NCBI GenBank assembly: GCA_964016885.1
Contig: OZ024744.1
Span: forward strand, 114,886,001 to 114,950,000
Direction of reading: 5' to 3'
Origin: Eledone cirrhosa
Lineage: Eukaryota
Length of the DNA: 64,000 bases
Shown: positions 64,000 to 64,000 of the stretch, in pieces
How positions within the stretch are numbered: position 1 is the first letter of the stretch
Layout of the letters: each line of letters begins with the position of its first letter
Program-made: the position numbers and the translations under genes
The notes under the pieces: model-generated
What the model was told of the DNA's origin: nothing
Seen by the model: only the letters and a program-made list of their open reading frames with translations
The model's database searches: none

Positions 64000-64000
64000 T
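56050..64000. repeat. Higher-order duplication, period 4794 bp (94 units), second copy truncated by the window edge; left boundary approximate
   Basis: Markers 4794 bp apart: ctgTAg ending 57200/61994 and 57455/62249, ttgCcg 56979/61773, cttAtcg 58712/63506. Confidence 0.9.

Larger units (their letters stand above)
1..64000. repeat. Giant tandem array (minisatellite/VNTR) of a 51-bp unit, about 1,255 near-identical copies, running off both window edges
   Basis: The unit start GTTGTCTGAC recurs at 1, 1021 (20x51 later) and 30601 (600x51 later). The last unit starts at 63953 = 1+1254x51-2, so the net indel over the window is just the two 1-bp deletions. Most copies differ from consensus by 0-3 substitutions. 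Consensus composition on + is T23 G15 C10 A3 (49% GC). Confidence 0.99.

Noticed and set aside
1-64000. CRISPR array or repeat-spacer system
   Set aside because: Units abut directly with no unique spacers, variation is limited to point substitutions, the unit is not palindromic, and no cas genes are present.
1-64000. Bona fide antifreeze glycoprotein, ice-nucleation protein or bacterial serine-rich repeat adhesin
   Set aside because: There is no (TAA)n tripeptide periodicity, no AGYGSTxT octamer and no SX dipeptide pattern. No diagnostic terminal domain is in view, so no gene symbol is assigned.
1-64000. Unit variants acting as a TALE-like programmable recognition code
   Set aside because: Variants are spread over many positions, are largely explained by CpG decay and block duplication, and lie in a low-complexity, probably disordered peptide rather than a folded repeat with fixed specificity residues.
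1-64000. Purely artefactual or synthetic sequence
   Set aside because: The hierarchical, position-specific variant patterns and CpG-type mutation bias look biological. The exact copy number of the perfect blocks could still be misassembled.

Overview
The whole 64 kb window is one uninterrupted tandem array of a 51-bp unit (+ strand consensus GTTGTCTGACTTGTCGCTGTTGCTGCTGCGGTTGGTGTTGTCATCATTTCT), about 1,255 copies. It has no unique flank, so neither end of the array, and no promoter, start or domain context, is visible. On the minus strand the unit encodes a Thr/Ala-rich mucin-like 17-mer (TEMMTTPTAAATATSQT). The simplest reading is a giant PTS/mucin-type repeat exon of a eukaryote, although a non-coding satellite cannot be excluded. 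This Thr frame is broken only in a 4.7-kb central patch, by two identical TAG codons (35245, 35551) and two identical 1-bp deletions (after 30868 and 32958). A second minus-strand frame (RNDDNTNRSSNSDKSDN) also appears open and is missed by the ORF track because it has almost no start codons. Point variants reveal nested higher-order duplications of 30-138 units and a strong CpG-deamination signature. The Leu-rich and Cys-rich plus-strand ORFs are best explained as antisense shadows. I found no RNA genes, CRISPR array or mobile element.
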